From Novakomyces olei (taxonomy: Eukaryota): a DNA stretch of 64,000 bases. The stretch spans positions 1,302,001-1,366,000 of the forward strand of contig JADEYG010000009.1 in the NCBI GenBank assembly GCA_016906335.1, read 5' to 3'. The position numbers were made by a program, and so were the translations under genes. Shown piece by piece: positions 1 through 12,897 of the stretch. Below the pieces are notes generated by a model. The model saw only the letters and a program-made list of their open reading frames with translations, did no database searches and had not been told where the DNA came from. The first letter of the stretch is position 1. Every line of letters begins with the position of its first letter.

Positions 1-1073
1 AAAGTCCAGATCGTATTTGCCATCCTTGTAAAACTCAGAGGAGGCAGCGTCGAGGGCAATGTGCACTTTGCCCTTGTAGCCAGCCTTCTCGATAGCGTCA
101 CGGATCAGGTCCAGAGCCTCACGAGGCGTCTCCACATCCGGAGCAACACCGCCTTCGTCTCCTACATTGCCGGCGCTAGTGCCATACTTTTTCTTGGCAA
201 GAGATCGGAGAGTGGCGTACGTCTCTGCGCCCCAGCGCATTGCCTCAGAGAAAGAGGGAGCGGCAACGGGCATAATCATAAACTCCTGAAAGGCGAGTCG
301 GCCACCGGCATGAGTCCCGCCATTGAGGACATTGAAGCTCGGCAGTGGGAGAACATAGGGTTTTTTCACTCCGTAGAGCTGGGCAATGTAGGCGTACAGG
401 GGGAGACCTTTCTCCGCCGCCGCTGCCCGGGCCACACACATGGACACACCGAGAATGGCGTTGGCACCGAGTTTGGCCTTGTTGTCTGTGCCATCGAGCG
501 CGTTGAGAAACTCGTCAATCTTGGCCTGCTCAGTGACGGGAATGCCTTCTTTAATCAGCGCTGGAGCAATGATGTCATTGACATTGGCCACGGCTTTAGT
601 CACGCCTTTGCCGCCCCATTTAGAGTCCTTGTCACGCAGCTCTACCGCCTCCCATTGGCCCGTGCTTGCGCCAGAGGGCACTGCTGAGCGGTGCAGACCC
701 GTCTCTGTGATCAAGTCGACCTCGACCGTCGGATTGCCGCTACTTGTTAGACGAATGAAACATTTAAAGTGCAACTCGGACAGACAGTAAAATATACTAG
801 ACTGAAACTGTAATTGTAATGTTATTGTATTGTTATTGTATTGTAATTGAATTGTAATTGAATTGTAATTGAATTGTAATTGCAATTGTCACTGTCATTG
901 TCATTGTTACTGTCATTGTCACTGTCACTGTCACTATAACTGTGACTGAAACTGTGACTGAAACTAGTGACAAATGCAACTCCAATTGGCTGATCAAACG
1001 GTCTTTTTTCAAACTGACTATCTACTTACCGAGAGTCGTAAATGGTTCGAGCGTGGATCTTTTGAATTGCCAT
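1..1073 (-). CDS. ENO1: Enolase, 5' part; runs off the left edge. Exon 1 1073-1030, intron 1029-740, exon 2 739 to <1
   Basis: Spliced translation [42 protein letters not shown] is the canonical enolase N-terminus; GTAAGT donor, CTAAC branch, TAG acceptor. Confidence 0.97.
800..972. repeat. Low-complexity short tandem repeats inside enolase intron 1 (TGTAAT/GAATTGTAATT, then TGTCAC/TGTCAT, then ACTGTG/ACTGAA)
   Basis: Directly visible periodic sequence. Confidence 0.8.
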
Positions 1074-1349
1074 CGTGCAAAGTGAGAAAGGTTTGTGTTG
1101 AATGGTAATTTTATTTTTCCTTTTTTCCCGCGCTGAAATGCGTGTGAGAATAGTTCCGTAACGTTCGTCATGCAGTAGCGTTACTTGAAATAGCGACAGC
1201 GCGGAAAAAGGGAGCGTGCGCCGAGTGTGGCGTGTTTGCTGAACGGTTATTTTCAAGTAATTTAGCCGCAGTTTTTGGTATTACTGTATTCCGAGCATCG
1301 TACGTGCACAGATAATAGTCGTACTGTACTTTGTTGCTACAGCGATAGT

Positions 1350-1634
1350 TTAATACTTGGTGATACTTTGGTGATACTTCAGTTATACTTTAGTATACAA
1401 TAGTTATACTTTAGTTGTACTTGGTGATACTTGACACTTTGGTGATACCATCATACTTTGGTGATACCTTCATACTTTGGTGATACCTTCGTACTTTGGT
1501 GATACCTTCATACTTTGGTGATACTTGATGCTTTGGTGATACATGACACTATAGTGATACTCTGGTGATTCTTCAGTTATACTTTAGTATACGTTGGTTA
1601 TACTTTGGCGATACTTTGGCGATACCTTGGTGCC
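1350..1634. repeat. Degenerate minisatellite with core TACTTTGGTGA and a 19-nt unit TACTTTGGTGATACCTTCA
   Basis: Near-perfect 19-mers at about 1454, 1473, 1492 and 1511, flanked by degenerate 11-mer variants. Confidence 0.85.
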
Positions 1635-2388
1635 ACTTCTAGGAACGGCCTTTCCTCATTGAGCTTTCTTTCATCAATCTCAACAAGTTTGATTAAATCG
1701 CAGATGCCAATACGAGTCTAAGCACAGAGACAGGATCGATTTTGCGCTTGCAAGACGAATTAAATCTAGTTACCAAAAGGTAGCTAAAATATCAAGTCAA
1801 AGGCAAACATTGGGTCATTTAGCTGCACGCGGCCGTCCGTTTAATAAAAGGGTACTTTATAATAATTTGTAGCACGCTTTTAGTTTCGTATTGTACAAGG
1901 TGTGCCTGACGGCACATGTAATGCTAAACAGTCTGATAGACATTTTAAACAAGTAACGTTAGTGTCTCGCCGTAACGTACTAGTCAGGGTTTTCTGTGAC
2001 GCAACACGCTTGTCGGTTTAAAGTTGTACGGGCATTACGTCTCAGCGGCAGTTTGGCGACTGTGACGAACTTTGGCTGGACAACAAGAATAATTGCTGTT
2101 GATTTCAAGAGACGTTCAACGTCACTGTTTTGAACAGGTGTGCCGGCGACTACACTTGTCTTACTCCGGGCATTGATTGCTTTGATTTGAGTGTGATCTT
2201 TGATTGGGTTCATTACCATTTTTTCCCATTTTTTTCCCATTTTTTCCGCAGTCGGGCTCTTTTGCCGGTCTACTGAGCACTTTGAACGTATTATCCAGTG
2301 ACAACTACACGCAAAAGTTTGGTGGACTCAGCGCTTGGAATTTGAAGCCTGCGACTAGTACTTTATCCCATTACAACAGCAGCTTGTA

Positions 2389-3558
2389 ATGGCCGACTCA
2401 CGCGAAGCAGCGCTAGAGGCGTACAAGCGAGCATTGCTTAGCCATCGCGAATGGGACGCTAAGCTTAAAGATTTGCGACTTGGTATACGCGGACTTGATA
2501 AAAAGTACGATAAAACAGAGGACGATATCAAGGCACTTCAATCGGTGGGCCAAATTATTGGAGAAGTATTGAAACAGCTCGACGAAGAGCGGTATATTGT
2601 TAAAGCAAGTTCTGGCCCGCGTTACGTAGTAGGCGTAAGGACTAATATCCGCCGTGAATTGTTAAAGCCGACAGTGCGTGTTTCCCTGGATATGACTACT
2701 CTTACCATTATGCGTGTACTACCGCGGGAAGTTGATCCTCTCGTGTGGAACATGAGCACGGAAAATGCGGGGAATGTCAGTTTTGCCGGTGTCGGGGGGC
2801 TTCAGGATCAGATCCGGGAGCTGCGTGAGGTTATTGAGCTGCCCCTTAAAAACCCTGGGCTCTTTTTGCGAATAGGCATCAAGCCCCCTAAGGGAGTTTT
2901 ATTGTATGGACCTCCCGGTACTGGTAAAACTCTTTTGGCCAAAGCAGTGGCGTCTTCGCTCGATACGAACTTTCTCAAAGTCGTTTCCTCTGCTATTGTT
3001 GACAAGTATATCGGTGAGAGTGCTCGAATTATTCGAGAAATGTTTAGCTATGCAAAGGAGCACGAGCCCTGTATTATTTTTATGGACGAGGTTGATGCTA
3101 TCGGCGGTCGACGGTTCAGTGAGGGTACCAGCGCAGACCGCGAAATCCAGCGTACCCTTATGGAGCTATTGACACAAATGGATGGGTTTGATACACTTGG
3201 ACAGACCAAGATTATAATGGCCACCAACCGGCCGGATACACTGGATCCGGCTCTGCTTCGGCCGGGTCGACTTGACCGGAAAATCGAGATACCCTTGCCG
3301 AACGAGATCGCGAGGCTTGAAATTCTCAAGATTCACTTGGCACCTGTTTCTACGCAAGGCGAAATCGACTATGAGGCGCTTGTTAAGCTCAGTGAGGACT
3401 TTAATGGATCAGATTTGCGCAATATTGTAACAGAGGCTGGCATGTTTGCAATTCGGGAAGAACGTGACTACATTGTGCAAGAAGATTTAATGAAGGCGGC
3501 TCGCAAGCTGACTGACCTCAAGAAATTAGAGGGCAAGCTTGATTACCAAAAATTATAA
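2389..3558 (+). CDS. RPT4: 26S proteasome regulatory AAA-ATPase subunit Rpt4 (PSMC6), intronless
   Basis: Walker A GPPGTGKT, Walker [30 protein letters not shown] and C-terminal [11 protein letters not shown] typical of Rpt4. Confidence 0.96.
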   Translation: MADSREAALEAYKRALLSHREWDAKLKDLRLGIRGLDKKYDKTEDDIKALQSVGQIIGEVLKQLDEERYIVKASSGPRYVVGVRTNIRRELLKPTVRVSLDMTTLTIMRVLPREVDPLVWNMSTENAGNVSFAGVGGLQDQIRELREVIELPLKNPGLFLRIGIKPPKGVLLYGPPGTGKTLLAKAVASSLDTNFLKVVSSAIVDKYIGESARIIREMFSYAKEHEPCIIFMDEVDAIGGRRFSEGTSADREIQRTLMELLTQMDGFDTLGQTKIIMATNRPDTLDPALLRPGRLDRKIEIPLPNEIARLEILKIHLAPVSTQGEIDYEALVKLSEDFNGSDLRNIVTEAGMFAIREERDYIVQEDLMKAARKLTDLKKLEGKLDYQKL

Positions 3559-4683
3559 TAATATGCAGTCTAAGGATATAGAGCAGCATACATAATACTG
3601 AACCTGAAACTAAATCTAAACTCAAGTATAGACTGTGGAAAATAAATTAGAATATGATACGCTCTACTATTTGATTTGAAATATGCTCTCATAAACAATC
3701 AAAAGCATCCGTGTCTAGTGCCAGAACAATGGCGGCAAAAGCTTTGACTCGTGATTGATTGTTTAAAACATGTTTTTATTGGAAGCTGACAGATCGTATA
3801 ATTCATAAACCTATTATTCATATACCCACACTATACATACGCGTTCATACAGAAAGTTTGTCGGACTGCCTTTGAGAATAAATCCATATTGAATATACTC
3901 TCACCCAAGGGCGCGGCCGCTTATTCAAGACCTTCGCCGTACGACCCGTGCTCATCCCCACGCGTGCGCGGGTCCAACGGGGGCTTTTTATGGCGGGCTT
4001 TGAAGGATGAGACGCACTTTGAAAGTGCTCTCTCCTTTGCGTTGTTCAAGGAAAAAATTGTTGTCAGTATCGGCAATATATACTGTCGCTAAGATTACTT
4101 GAGCCTTTGTTAAAGTAGATCAGGTGGTGGAGAAATGAAGTGGAATTATTGTTGCGTGTGCCCAAAATTTTAACGCTAATTGTTTTAATAATTTTAATTT
4201 TTGTAATTTATTCTATTATCAAATAAATATATTAATTATTTAAAATAGAATAAAAGATATATTTCAGCCGTTTTCACACGTATTGCCAATATTATGAATA
4301 TACTGTATCGTTAAACTAGAACTGGAGCGCATTAAAATATCTCTTTAATATACAGCAAATATTAATCTACTACTGTTTGACGTTTTATTAATCAGTTTCG
4401 CTCGGCTCATACTAATATACGCTAATTTGTATGATTGTGGTAATACGCACAAACCAAAACGAGGGAAAAGAAAAGGAAAAGAAAATACAATACAATACAA
4501 TATAAAAAACTAGTTTGAAATAAGTGAATTTGAAACAGATTGAGATAGATTTAATTTGAAATAAATAAAATAAAAAGGCGAGATAAGAAAATTAACAATT
4601 TTCGACAGGGCTATCCACAAAAGGCTATCAACTATTGGACAGCAACGCGACGTCAATTGCCCAATCGTCACCTTCATCTTACT

Positions 4684-6706
4684 ATGCCGACTGCACTGCT
4701 ATCAGTGTACGACAAGACAGGTCTTCTTGACTTGGTCAAAGCGCTTAATGATGCGAAATTCGCTCTCGTTGCGTCTGGCGGCACTGCGAAAATGATTCGC
4801 ACTGCTGGGTTCCCCGTACGCGATGTCAGCGAAGTGACAGGCTCTCCGGAAATCCTGGGAGGCCGTGTGAAGACATTGCATCCCACCATTCACGGAGGCA
4901 TTCTGGCACAAGAACTCGAGCGGGATACTCAAGATCTGGCGGCACTCGGAATCGGCAAGATTGATGTTGTAGTGTGCAATTTGTACCCGTTCAAGGAGAC
5001 TTTGCTCAAGCCCAGTGTCACTATTGACGGAGCAATTGAAGAGATCGATATCGGTGGAGTCACCCTACTTCGGGCGGCAGCCAAAAACCATAAACGCGTG
5101 CTCGTACTTTCTGAGCCAGATCAGTACTTTGAGTTTAGCGAGTCACTTAAACGCGGGGAAAATGCTCTGACTGCAGAGTACCGCAATAAATGTGCTCTAG
5201 CAGCCTTTTCCCAGACTGCAGATTACGATGAGGCTATCAGTGACTACTTCCGCAAACAATACGCTGGCAATGGAGACCAGCAGATCGCTCTGCGGTACGG
5301 TATTAACCCTCATCAGGCTCCTGCTCAAGCGTTTGTTCGCCATGGAAAGTTGCCTTTTACTGTTCGCAATGGAGCGCCTGGCTATGTCAACCTTTTGGAC
5401 GCTTTGAACGCTTATCCTTTGGTCAAGGAAATCTCTGCTGCTACTGGATTACCGGCTGCCACTTCGTTCAAACACGTCTCTCCTGCCGGAGCTGCGGTGG
5501 GGGACGAGGAGCCTTTAAGCGCTACCGACAAACGTATTTACGGTGTGGAAGCAGAAAAGGCTGACGTCGTTGGACTGGCCAAGGCCTACGCCTTGGCCCG
5601 AGGAGCCGACCGTATGTCTTCTTTTGGGGATTTTATTGCTCTTTCCGAGCAAGTCGACGAGACAACTGCCCGTATCATTGGCCGTGAAGTCAGCGATGGT
5701 GTAATTGCACCGGGGTTTTCTGAGGCGGCATTCAATATCCTGCGAGCAAAGAAGGGTGGAAAGTATCTGATTCTAGAGGTGAGTTGGGATTAATTAATTA
5801 AGAATTTTTTTTTATTAAGAATTCTGTTTTTTTTTATTTTCTTGTTTATTTATTATTTATCGCTAATTATCAGGTCGACCCTTCATATAAGCCTCCGGTC
5901 ATTGAAACACGACAAGTTTTTGGCGTTACGTTACAACAAAAGCGCAATGATGCCCGTATCGACCGCTCGTCGTTTACCCGTATTGTCAGCAAAAACATAG
6001 ATTTGCCAGAGAAGGCTATTACTGATCTTATTTTGGCGACTACTACTCTCAAATATACTCAGAGCAATTCTGTTTGCTACGTCAAAGACGGAATGGTTAT
6101 CGGAACCGGGGCTGGACAGCAATCTCGTATCCATTGTGCACGACTAGCCGGCGACAAAGCTGATAATTGGTATGGAACTACATTTGAAATAATAAATGCA
6201 TTACATAAATTAAAAATAAATATATTAAAAAGATTAAAAAGAGCAAAAATATTAAAAAATTAAAAAAGAAAAAAAATAATTCAAACATTTATCAAGTTTA
6301 TAAAGCAATTGCTAATTACAGGTGGTTGCGGCATCATCCCAAAGTGCTAGACTTTCATTTCCGCAAGGACGTAAAGCGCCCAGACAAAGCTAATGCCATC
6401 GACCTCTATGTAACGAACCAGATCGGTTCTCAGCGCGAGGCTTGGGAAAAGAACTTTGAGGAAGGTCACGTACCTATCGAGCTGACTGCTTCTGAGCGAG
6501 AAGAATGGATGAGCAAACTCAGTGGAGTCACTTGTGCAAGTGATGCGTTTTTCCCTTTCCCAGACAACGTTTACCGACTCGCAGAGTCAGGTGTGACTTA
6601 TGTATCGGCTCCAGGTGGAAGCGTGGCTGATAAATCTGTACACGAAGCGGCTGACAAGTTCAATATGGTGTACTGCGAAACGACTACCAGATTGTTTCAC
6701 CATTAG
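4684..6706 (+). CDS. ADE16: Bifunctional AICAR transformylase/IMP cyclohydrolase (PurH/ATIC); exons 4684-5778, 5874-6169, 6322-6706
   Basis: [53 protein letters not shown] and RLFHH motifs; splice sites join in frame. Confidence 0.97.
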
Positions 6707-6972
6707 TTTACCGCGAGTTTTTTATAATAGATGCCATAGGGATAAAAAAAAATGTATGGATTTAAATCGAATATGACAGTAGGATAATAAAGAGCATGGA
6801 GATGGGAATGAACGTAGAGAACTGGCTGGAATCAAATGTTTTAGATGCGTATATTTTGATAATGTTGGTATTGCCCTCATATTATGTAGACTAGGCAACC
6901 ATACGACGCCATAAGCTTGCAAAAAGTGGGATCAATTAGGCGCGCTGATTTTCTTTCAGTACTGACTGTGCA

Positions 6973-7703
6973 TCAGACTTGTTCCTCGTAGGACGCCTCC
7001 ACCGGAATGTCCCACAGGCAGCAGTGGAGACCGATTATAACTGCACTAGCGCCAACAATCCAGACAATTACAGCAAACGGACTGGCGAGAAAAAGCATTG
7101 GCACAGAAACGCAAATGATTCCTTTCCAAATAAAGACGGTCAGTAAACCAAGCATCATTGAGGGCTTTCCCCTTACCCGTGTAGATTTGGTTTGTAGTAA
7201 CAACAAGCGAGCCAATATGCAAATCGTTCCCACCAAGACGCGAAACAATGAAAAACCCTAACCCTGCAAACAGCTGATTGTGTTAGACGCTGCTCCGACC
7301 GTATTCTTGCGACTTACTCCTACTAGCAAAAGGTAAAAGTTTGTTAAAACTGCATAAGTGCTAATTATTGCAGCAATAACGCTGTAATTCGTACGAAATC
7401 GCCGCAAATTGAACACGGCTCGTGCTTGGAGCTCTCCCATATTTGTTGTCGGGTGTACACGGCGCACATCGAGGAATTCTGTACATTGTTAGAGCTATTG
7501 TAAAGAATGACGAGAGAGAAAAGGAAAGGCGAATACCTGTTAGCGGTCTTGCATTGGCGAGCCGTTCATTCTGCAGAGTAGAAACGACAATTGGTAAGAC
7601 AATTTCCACAAATCAATTCAAAACATACGCGTACACGTGCCAAGTCAGAAAACTGTGAGCGCGACGCGTCGGCAAAGCTTTTGAGCTGCACAGGAAGTTG
7701 CAT
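6973..7703 (-). CDS. YIP3: PRA1/Yip3 family prenylated Rab acceptor, 5 exons including a 34-nt exon (7570-7537)
   Basis: Spliced protein contains NERLANARPLTEFLDVRRV...ARAVFNLRRFRTNY...YAVLTN and FLASPFAVIVWIVGASAVIIGLH, typical of PRA1. Confidence 0.85.
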
Positions 7704-8207
7704 CGTCGTGCGAGTATTGTGTGCACAGCTAATAAATATTCAATGAATGAATATCGTCAATCTCACACTTCTATCTCTGGTTTACTATAAGAATTACATT
7801 GCACAGTTTATATACGAGCAGATTTTTGTACAGTCATAATTGTACAATATTATTTATTATTCGAGTTATTTTACTCGATAAACGTGCATCTTATTTATTT
7901 ATTATTAGCTTTTTTATACAAACGCAACCATCACTTAAGGGCTACCCTAGAAAAGTCCTTTAGCGAAGCACCTTGTTTGAGCTGCACCGAGATACGATAG
8001 AGTCAGGCTGATATAAACTCTTTCTTCAAACCAAATTCTCAATCTATAGTACGCTCTAGAATATGCACCGACTGCGCATACGTGATGCTTGTGCCTGTCA
8101 GTCCCGCACATTGGTTTTACATATCAACAAGGTTCACAAAAATCGCGCATTTCACCCGTTTGTACAAACCAAATTCCCGCTTGCTGCGCTATTTTAAGTT
8201 TGTCATT

Positions 8208-8765
8208 TCAGCCTAACTGTTCCAAGTAATCAAGCCGGTCAAGAACGGCCTTCTTGCTGCTTTCGCTCATTTCTCCGGCGAGAAAGACTTCGTCCAGGAT
8301 GGTGTAGACTTTGTAGAAATTGAAGACGATATCGAGTTCGCAAACGTTGCCGAAAAAAGTGTCCAGAATTTCTACAAAAAAATGAATGGCTTCGAGGTAG
8401 GCAAGATCGTTATCGTCCAAGTCCACACAAATGCAAAAAAAGAGCCCCGCGTACCGGCGATACACGATTTTGGCGTCACGAAACTGCAGATAATCGCGTT
8501 AAAGATGAATGCTAATACTTTTGGTTTACCTCTACAAAATTGGACTGATGCTTCTGGTCCCGCGGGGAAATGAGTCTGTGGATCTCTCCCTTGACCCGAA
8601 CTTTTTCGGCATCCTACTGCGTCAGTAAGCGTTACCTACTTGTGCACCTGGCTCACATCAAAGGGCAGATACCATTTTGAAAGCCGCGTTTTGCCCTGGC
8701 GATTCTGGTTATTAGCTTGCTAGTAAGAAATCCAAACGAACCTGTATAAGTATAAAGTGGATCAT
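8208..8765 (-). CDS. APS2: AP-2 clathrin adaptor small (sigma) subunit, 4 exons
   Basis: [20 protein letters not shown]...[27 protein letters not shown]...[17 protein letters not shown]. Confidence 0.93.
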
Positions 8766-9220
8766 GGCATCGTGGTACTTTGCGTACTGTCTGTATTCGC
8801 CGCACAATACATAAAAGGTTAAAGGTGCAGTTTAATTTATTTATTTATCTATGTTGAGAAATTGACTCTATATAACTTGTTTTTAATTCTTTACATGGAT
8901 AATTCTGGCTTAACATTGAATTCTCCAAATTCTATCTCTGTCTCTACTAGATCTATTATTGAATAAATTATATGTCTTCCTATTCGCGCCTCTGAGCCTT
9001 TTGGGGGCCTTTATCATTCTTTTCTACAATCAGATAGTTAATATCCACCATTCGAACTTCAAAATAAGTTCAATAATTCAACATTTAATTTATTTATTTA
9101 TTTATTTATTTGTTAATTTGTTTAATTTATTTATCAATTTATTTATTTATTGTCGTATTTATTTATATATTCTTCTAGTTTATTTATAACTACGAGTTGG
9201 ATAGTAAGGAAGACTCCGCC

Positions 9221-10313
9221 ATGGTTGTGATACGCGTGGCCGCAAAGGGCAAAACGATCAAAGGCCTCCCCGATCGGGTCGAGGCCGACTTGGAGCAGCC
9301 AATTGGCACACTCAGATTGAAGCTGTCCAAGTTGACCGGCAAAAGCCCAGCCCGTCTTCGCCTCAGTACAGCTGATGGAAGTGTTCTCGCAGACAAAGCA
9401 AACCTTTCTGTGATCGGCTTCTCACCTGAATCGACGCTATGGGTAAAAGACTTGGGGCCGCAAATTGGCTGGCGAACAGTTTTCATTATCGAATATGCTG
9501 GGCCTCTCTTTGTGCATCCTTTATTTTATGCTTTTAAGCCGCTGCAGCAATTGGTTTACGGTAAAACAGTACAGCATTCTACTGTTCAAACGTAAGTTTA
9601 ATCCTTTTTTTGAGGCCTTTAAACTTATCGTCTAGGGTTGCTCTCGTTCTAATACTGCTACACTTTGCTAAACGCGAATATGAAAGCGTTTATGTGCATC
9701 AATTTTCTTCAGACACAATGCCTTTTTTCAATGTGTTTAAGAATTCATTTCATTATCATGTCATTTCTGGTGTAAACCTGGCTTTTTGGGTGTTTGGGCC
9801 TTGGGCAGGCGCGGGAACAGCAAGAGGCTCACTGTCTCTGCCGGCAATAGTTTCTCTTGTGCTTTTATGGGGTTTTGCAGAACTCAGCAATTTCCAAACC
9901 CATCTAACCGTTGCACGTCTTCGACCGAAGGGTAGTCGTGAGCGCCGAATTCCTCGTGGATACGGATTTGATTTGGTTTCTTTCCCAAATTACTTTTTCG
10001 AATCCCTTGCATGGCTTGCGTTTGCCCTGCTTACGCGTTCGTTTGCCGGTACGTGCTTGCCCGTTAATTCACATATTCACTTTTTCATATACGTTTTTGT
10101 TTAAAATTTCCAGTATCTCATTCATTTTTATTTATTGCCGGATTTCTTTCTGTCGCTAAATCGTGTACTAACCAGAAAATCGTAGCCTGGTTTTTCTTGG
10201 CCATTAGCACAGGACAAATGTGGGTGTGGGCTGTGAAAAAGCATAAACGATACCGCCGTGAATTCAAAGATTATCCCCGATCCCGAAAGGTGATGTTTCC
10301 TTTTATTGCATAG
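9221..10313 (+). CDS. TSC13: Very-long-chain enoyl-CoA reductase (Tsc13/TECR), 3 exons
   Basis: N-terminal ubiquitin-like region, KDLGPQIGWRTVFIIEYAGP, HFAKREYE, VSFPNYFFE, and a last exon WAVKKHKRYRREFKDYPRSRKVMFPFIA. Confidence 0.93.
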
Positions 10314-10957
10314 AAAGTCTGCAATTGGGCAGTATCGTTCTGCGATTCTGGATTCTAAGCACTATCGGGGTCGATCAACAAATCTGTGCAGTCACTAGCT
10401 TCAGAGAAAAGGTCTTAAAGTCATAAAATATATACGTATTGTATCTATCGACAAGAATGAACCTAATAAAATAAAACAAAATAAATGTATAGATCGGTGA
10501 AAAAGGCATGTATGTTTTAAAAAGCCAAATTGTGAAATACACTGTGCTCTTGCTTCATATCAATAACTAAATATTATATACGCCGTGTTTGACAGCAAAA
10601 GTGGATAGCGTCGCGGAGTATGGTATCGCTCATTACCTGTACGATAGACATGGCGGCCATTTCAAGGATGTAATAGTAAAGCATTCAGCACATAAAGTAT
10701 TTATTTTTTGGAAACACGACTGAGAAGCAGTTATCATCGTAATTATTATGTTGCTACAATTATTTTTACAATTATATATACAATTATTTATACAATTGTT
10801 AATTATTATTTAATTGGAGTTCGTATTTAAAATATTAATTTGTGTGGACAGCAATATATACGTTTATATAATAAAATTTAGATTAGTTTATATCGTATAA
10901 ATGTCCACTGATAAAAAGCCAGTAATAAAACAAGAGCACAGCAAAAAAATCTTGCAG

Positions 10958-12440
10958 ATGCCGCCACGAATGCTTATTGTGGAAGGCTCTTTCGCCGAAC
11001 AGGCGGAAGAGCTTTTACGCTTTTACGAAACCTTAGACGGCGACACAGCTTTTGTGACAGACGTTTTGGAATTGGCAGCACAAGATCAATCGGACGAAGC
11101 ACTGCGCCGAATTGTTAGCCATGCAGCTACCTTGCAGAAAGCTTCTGACAAGGGTATCTAATCCCTTTTCTTATATTTGACTCGCTGACTAACTGCAAGA
11201 CTTTGAGCCGGCCTGGAACTTTCTCATTGGACTCGTTATTGAAAGCGACTTGTCCCTGGAGCTCGTACCTTTGCTGCTTACAGTACTGCAAAACAACCTG
11301 CCAGAGTCGCCTAATGGCGTTGGCTCAACGCTCGTTGTGCTTTCTGCTCTTTTCAATTTGATCGATGTGGCTTCGCCGTTACGGTTCGCTGTTCTCAAAA
11401 CGATCGTCGATGTTGCATTAACTCATAACCGTTTTGATCTGCTGGCACCTCACCTTGAACACGTGCCGGAATGGATGTCTGATGCTAACGTGCCCGTTGC
11501 TGACACTACTCCGCTTTACCTTAAAATTTCACACGCTTATGAACGGCGAAACCAGGAGTATGCCTTATTTTATTTGTTTATTTTTTGCATTTTTTTTTTT
11601 TAATTTTGTTTAATTTAATTTTGTTTTATTTTATTTTATTTAATTTCAATAAGCGTTCTGTACTCTTCGATTCTCTCATCCCGACCCATTCAAACGGTTC
11701 AACGTTTTTTTAATTTTAATTTGTTTTCGTCTATGTATTTATACGCACAGACACTAACTTGCAGCCTCACATTTTTCTTCCTGAACGAAGCTGTCAATGC
11801 AGCTGCGGCAAACGGCTCTTCTGAATCAGAGCTGACTGATACTGCTGTTAAAGTTGTACTTCTTTTACTGCGCAGCACCGACGTGTACAAGTTTGACCCG
11901 ATTCTTGGAGGAAAGGCCGTCCAACGCCTACGTGAATTGAACCACCCCGCTTACCAATTACTGCAAATATTTCTCCGTGGAGGCGAACCCGAGTTCTCTG
12001 CCTTTGCTCAGAGCAATACTGAATGGCTGCGGGAACAGGAACTGTCGCAAGAGCAATTGGCTCATAAAATCAGATTACTCTCTTTTGCATCTTTTGCTGC
12101 TTCTGTGCAGGAACGCCGGCTTTCATATCAGCAAATTCAAGACGCGTTCTCTATACCAGAGACTGAGGTTGAAGCTCTTATAATTGACGTTATACACGCT
12201 GGTCTGGTTGAGGGCAAAATGTCACAGCTGACAAAGACGTTTCTCATCCACCGCTCTTCTTACCGTGTCTTTGAAAAACAGCACTGGGAAATTTTGTCGA
12301 CTCGGCTGTCAGAGTGGAAGACTTCTCTTGAAGGTGTTCTCTCTGTAGTCGCTGCTAACCAACAGCAGTTAGAATCCCAGAAACAGCCTCAACAGCAACC
12401 CGCCTCGTCCCAGTCGGCCGCGCCTGCTGTGAATCTGTAA
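10958..12440 (+). CDS. EIF3M: Translation initiation factor eIF3 subunit M (PCI domain), 3 exons; an upstream in-frame ATG at 10901 is also possible
   Basis: LIVEGSFAEQAEEL N-terminus and PCI motif KIRLLSFAS...VEALIIDVIHAGLVEGKMSQ...RVFEKQHW. Confidence 0.88.
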
Positions 12441-12897
12441 TTCAATGGCCCCCATATCATCTACAAGCAGCCTCACACGCCAAGGAATAGATGGAAAATA
12501 GCAGGGAAAGTATGAACGAGAAAAGTTAATTTGGATAGAAAGTTTGGCTAAAATTCGGACAACTGTAAAGGGAGATTAATGGAAAACAGTTTTGTGAGAT
12601 TGTTGTAAAAGTAAATGGATTTTGATACTGTAATTTTCTATTTTTTAATTGTGTTTTGTCGTTATGCTTGATTTCAACGGCATTATTGTCCATGATACAC
12701 AGCAAGTGTCCGGTTCATGATTTTGCGAGCCTCTGTATACAATTTTATTAAGTGCCGAGCATGATTAGTAGCCAATGTCATATTTTGTTTAATAATTATA
12801 ATATAATTATTATATTTTATTAATATTTTACTAATATTTTACTGATATTCGGTTCATATTTGATTCAGATTATTTATAAATGTCATATACCCCTGCC

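Noticed and set aside
61-790. Plus-strand ORFs of 208 and 116 aa
   Set aside because: Antisense shadows of the codon-biased enolase gene
1350-1634. CRISPR-like look of the TACTTTGGTGATAC repeats
   Set aside because: Units are contiguous without unique spacers, there are no cas genes, and the context is eukaryotic
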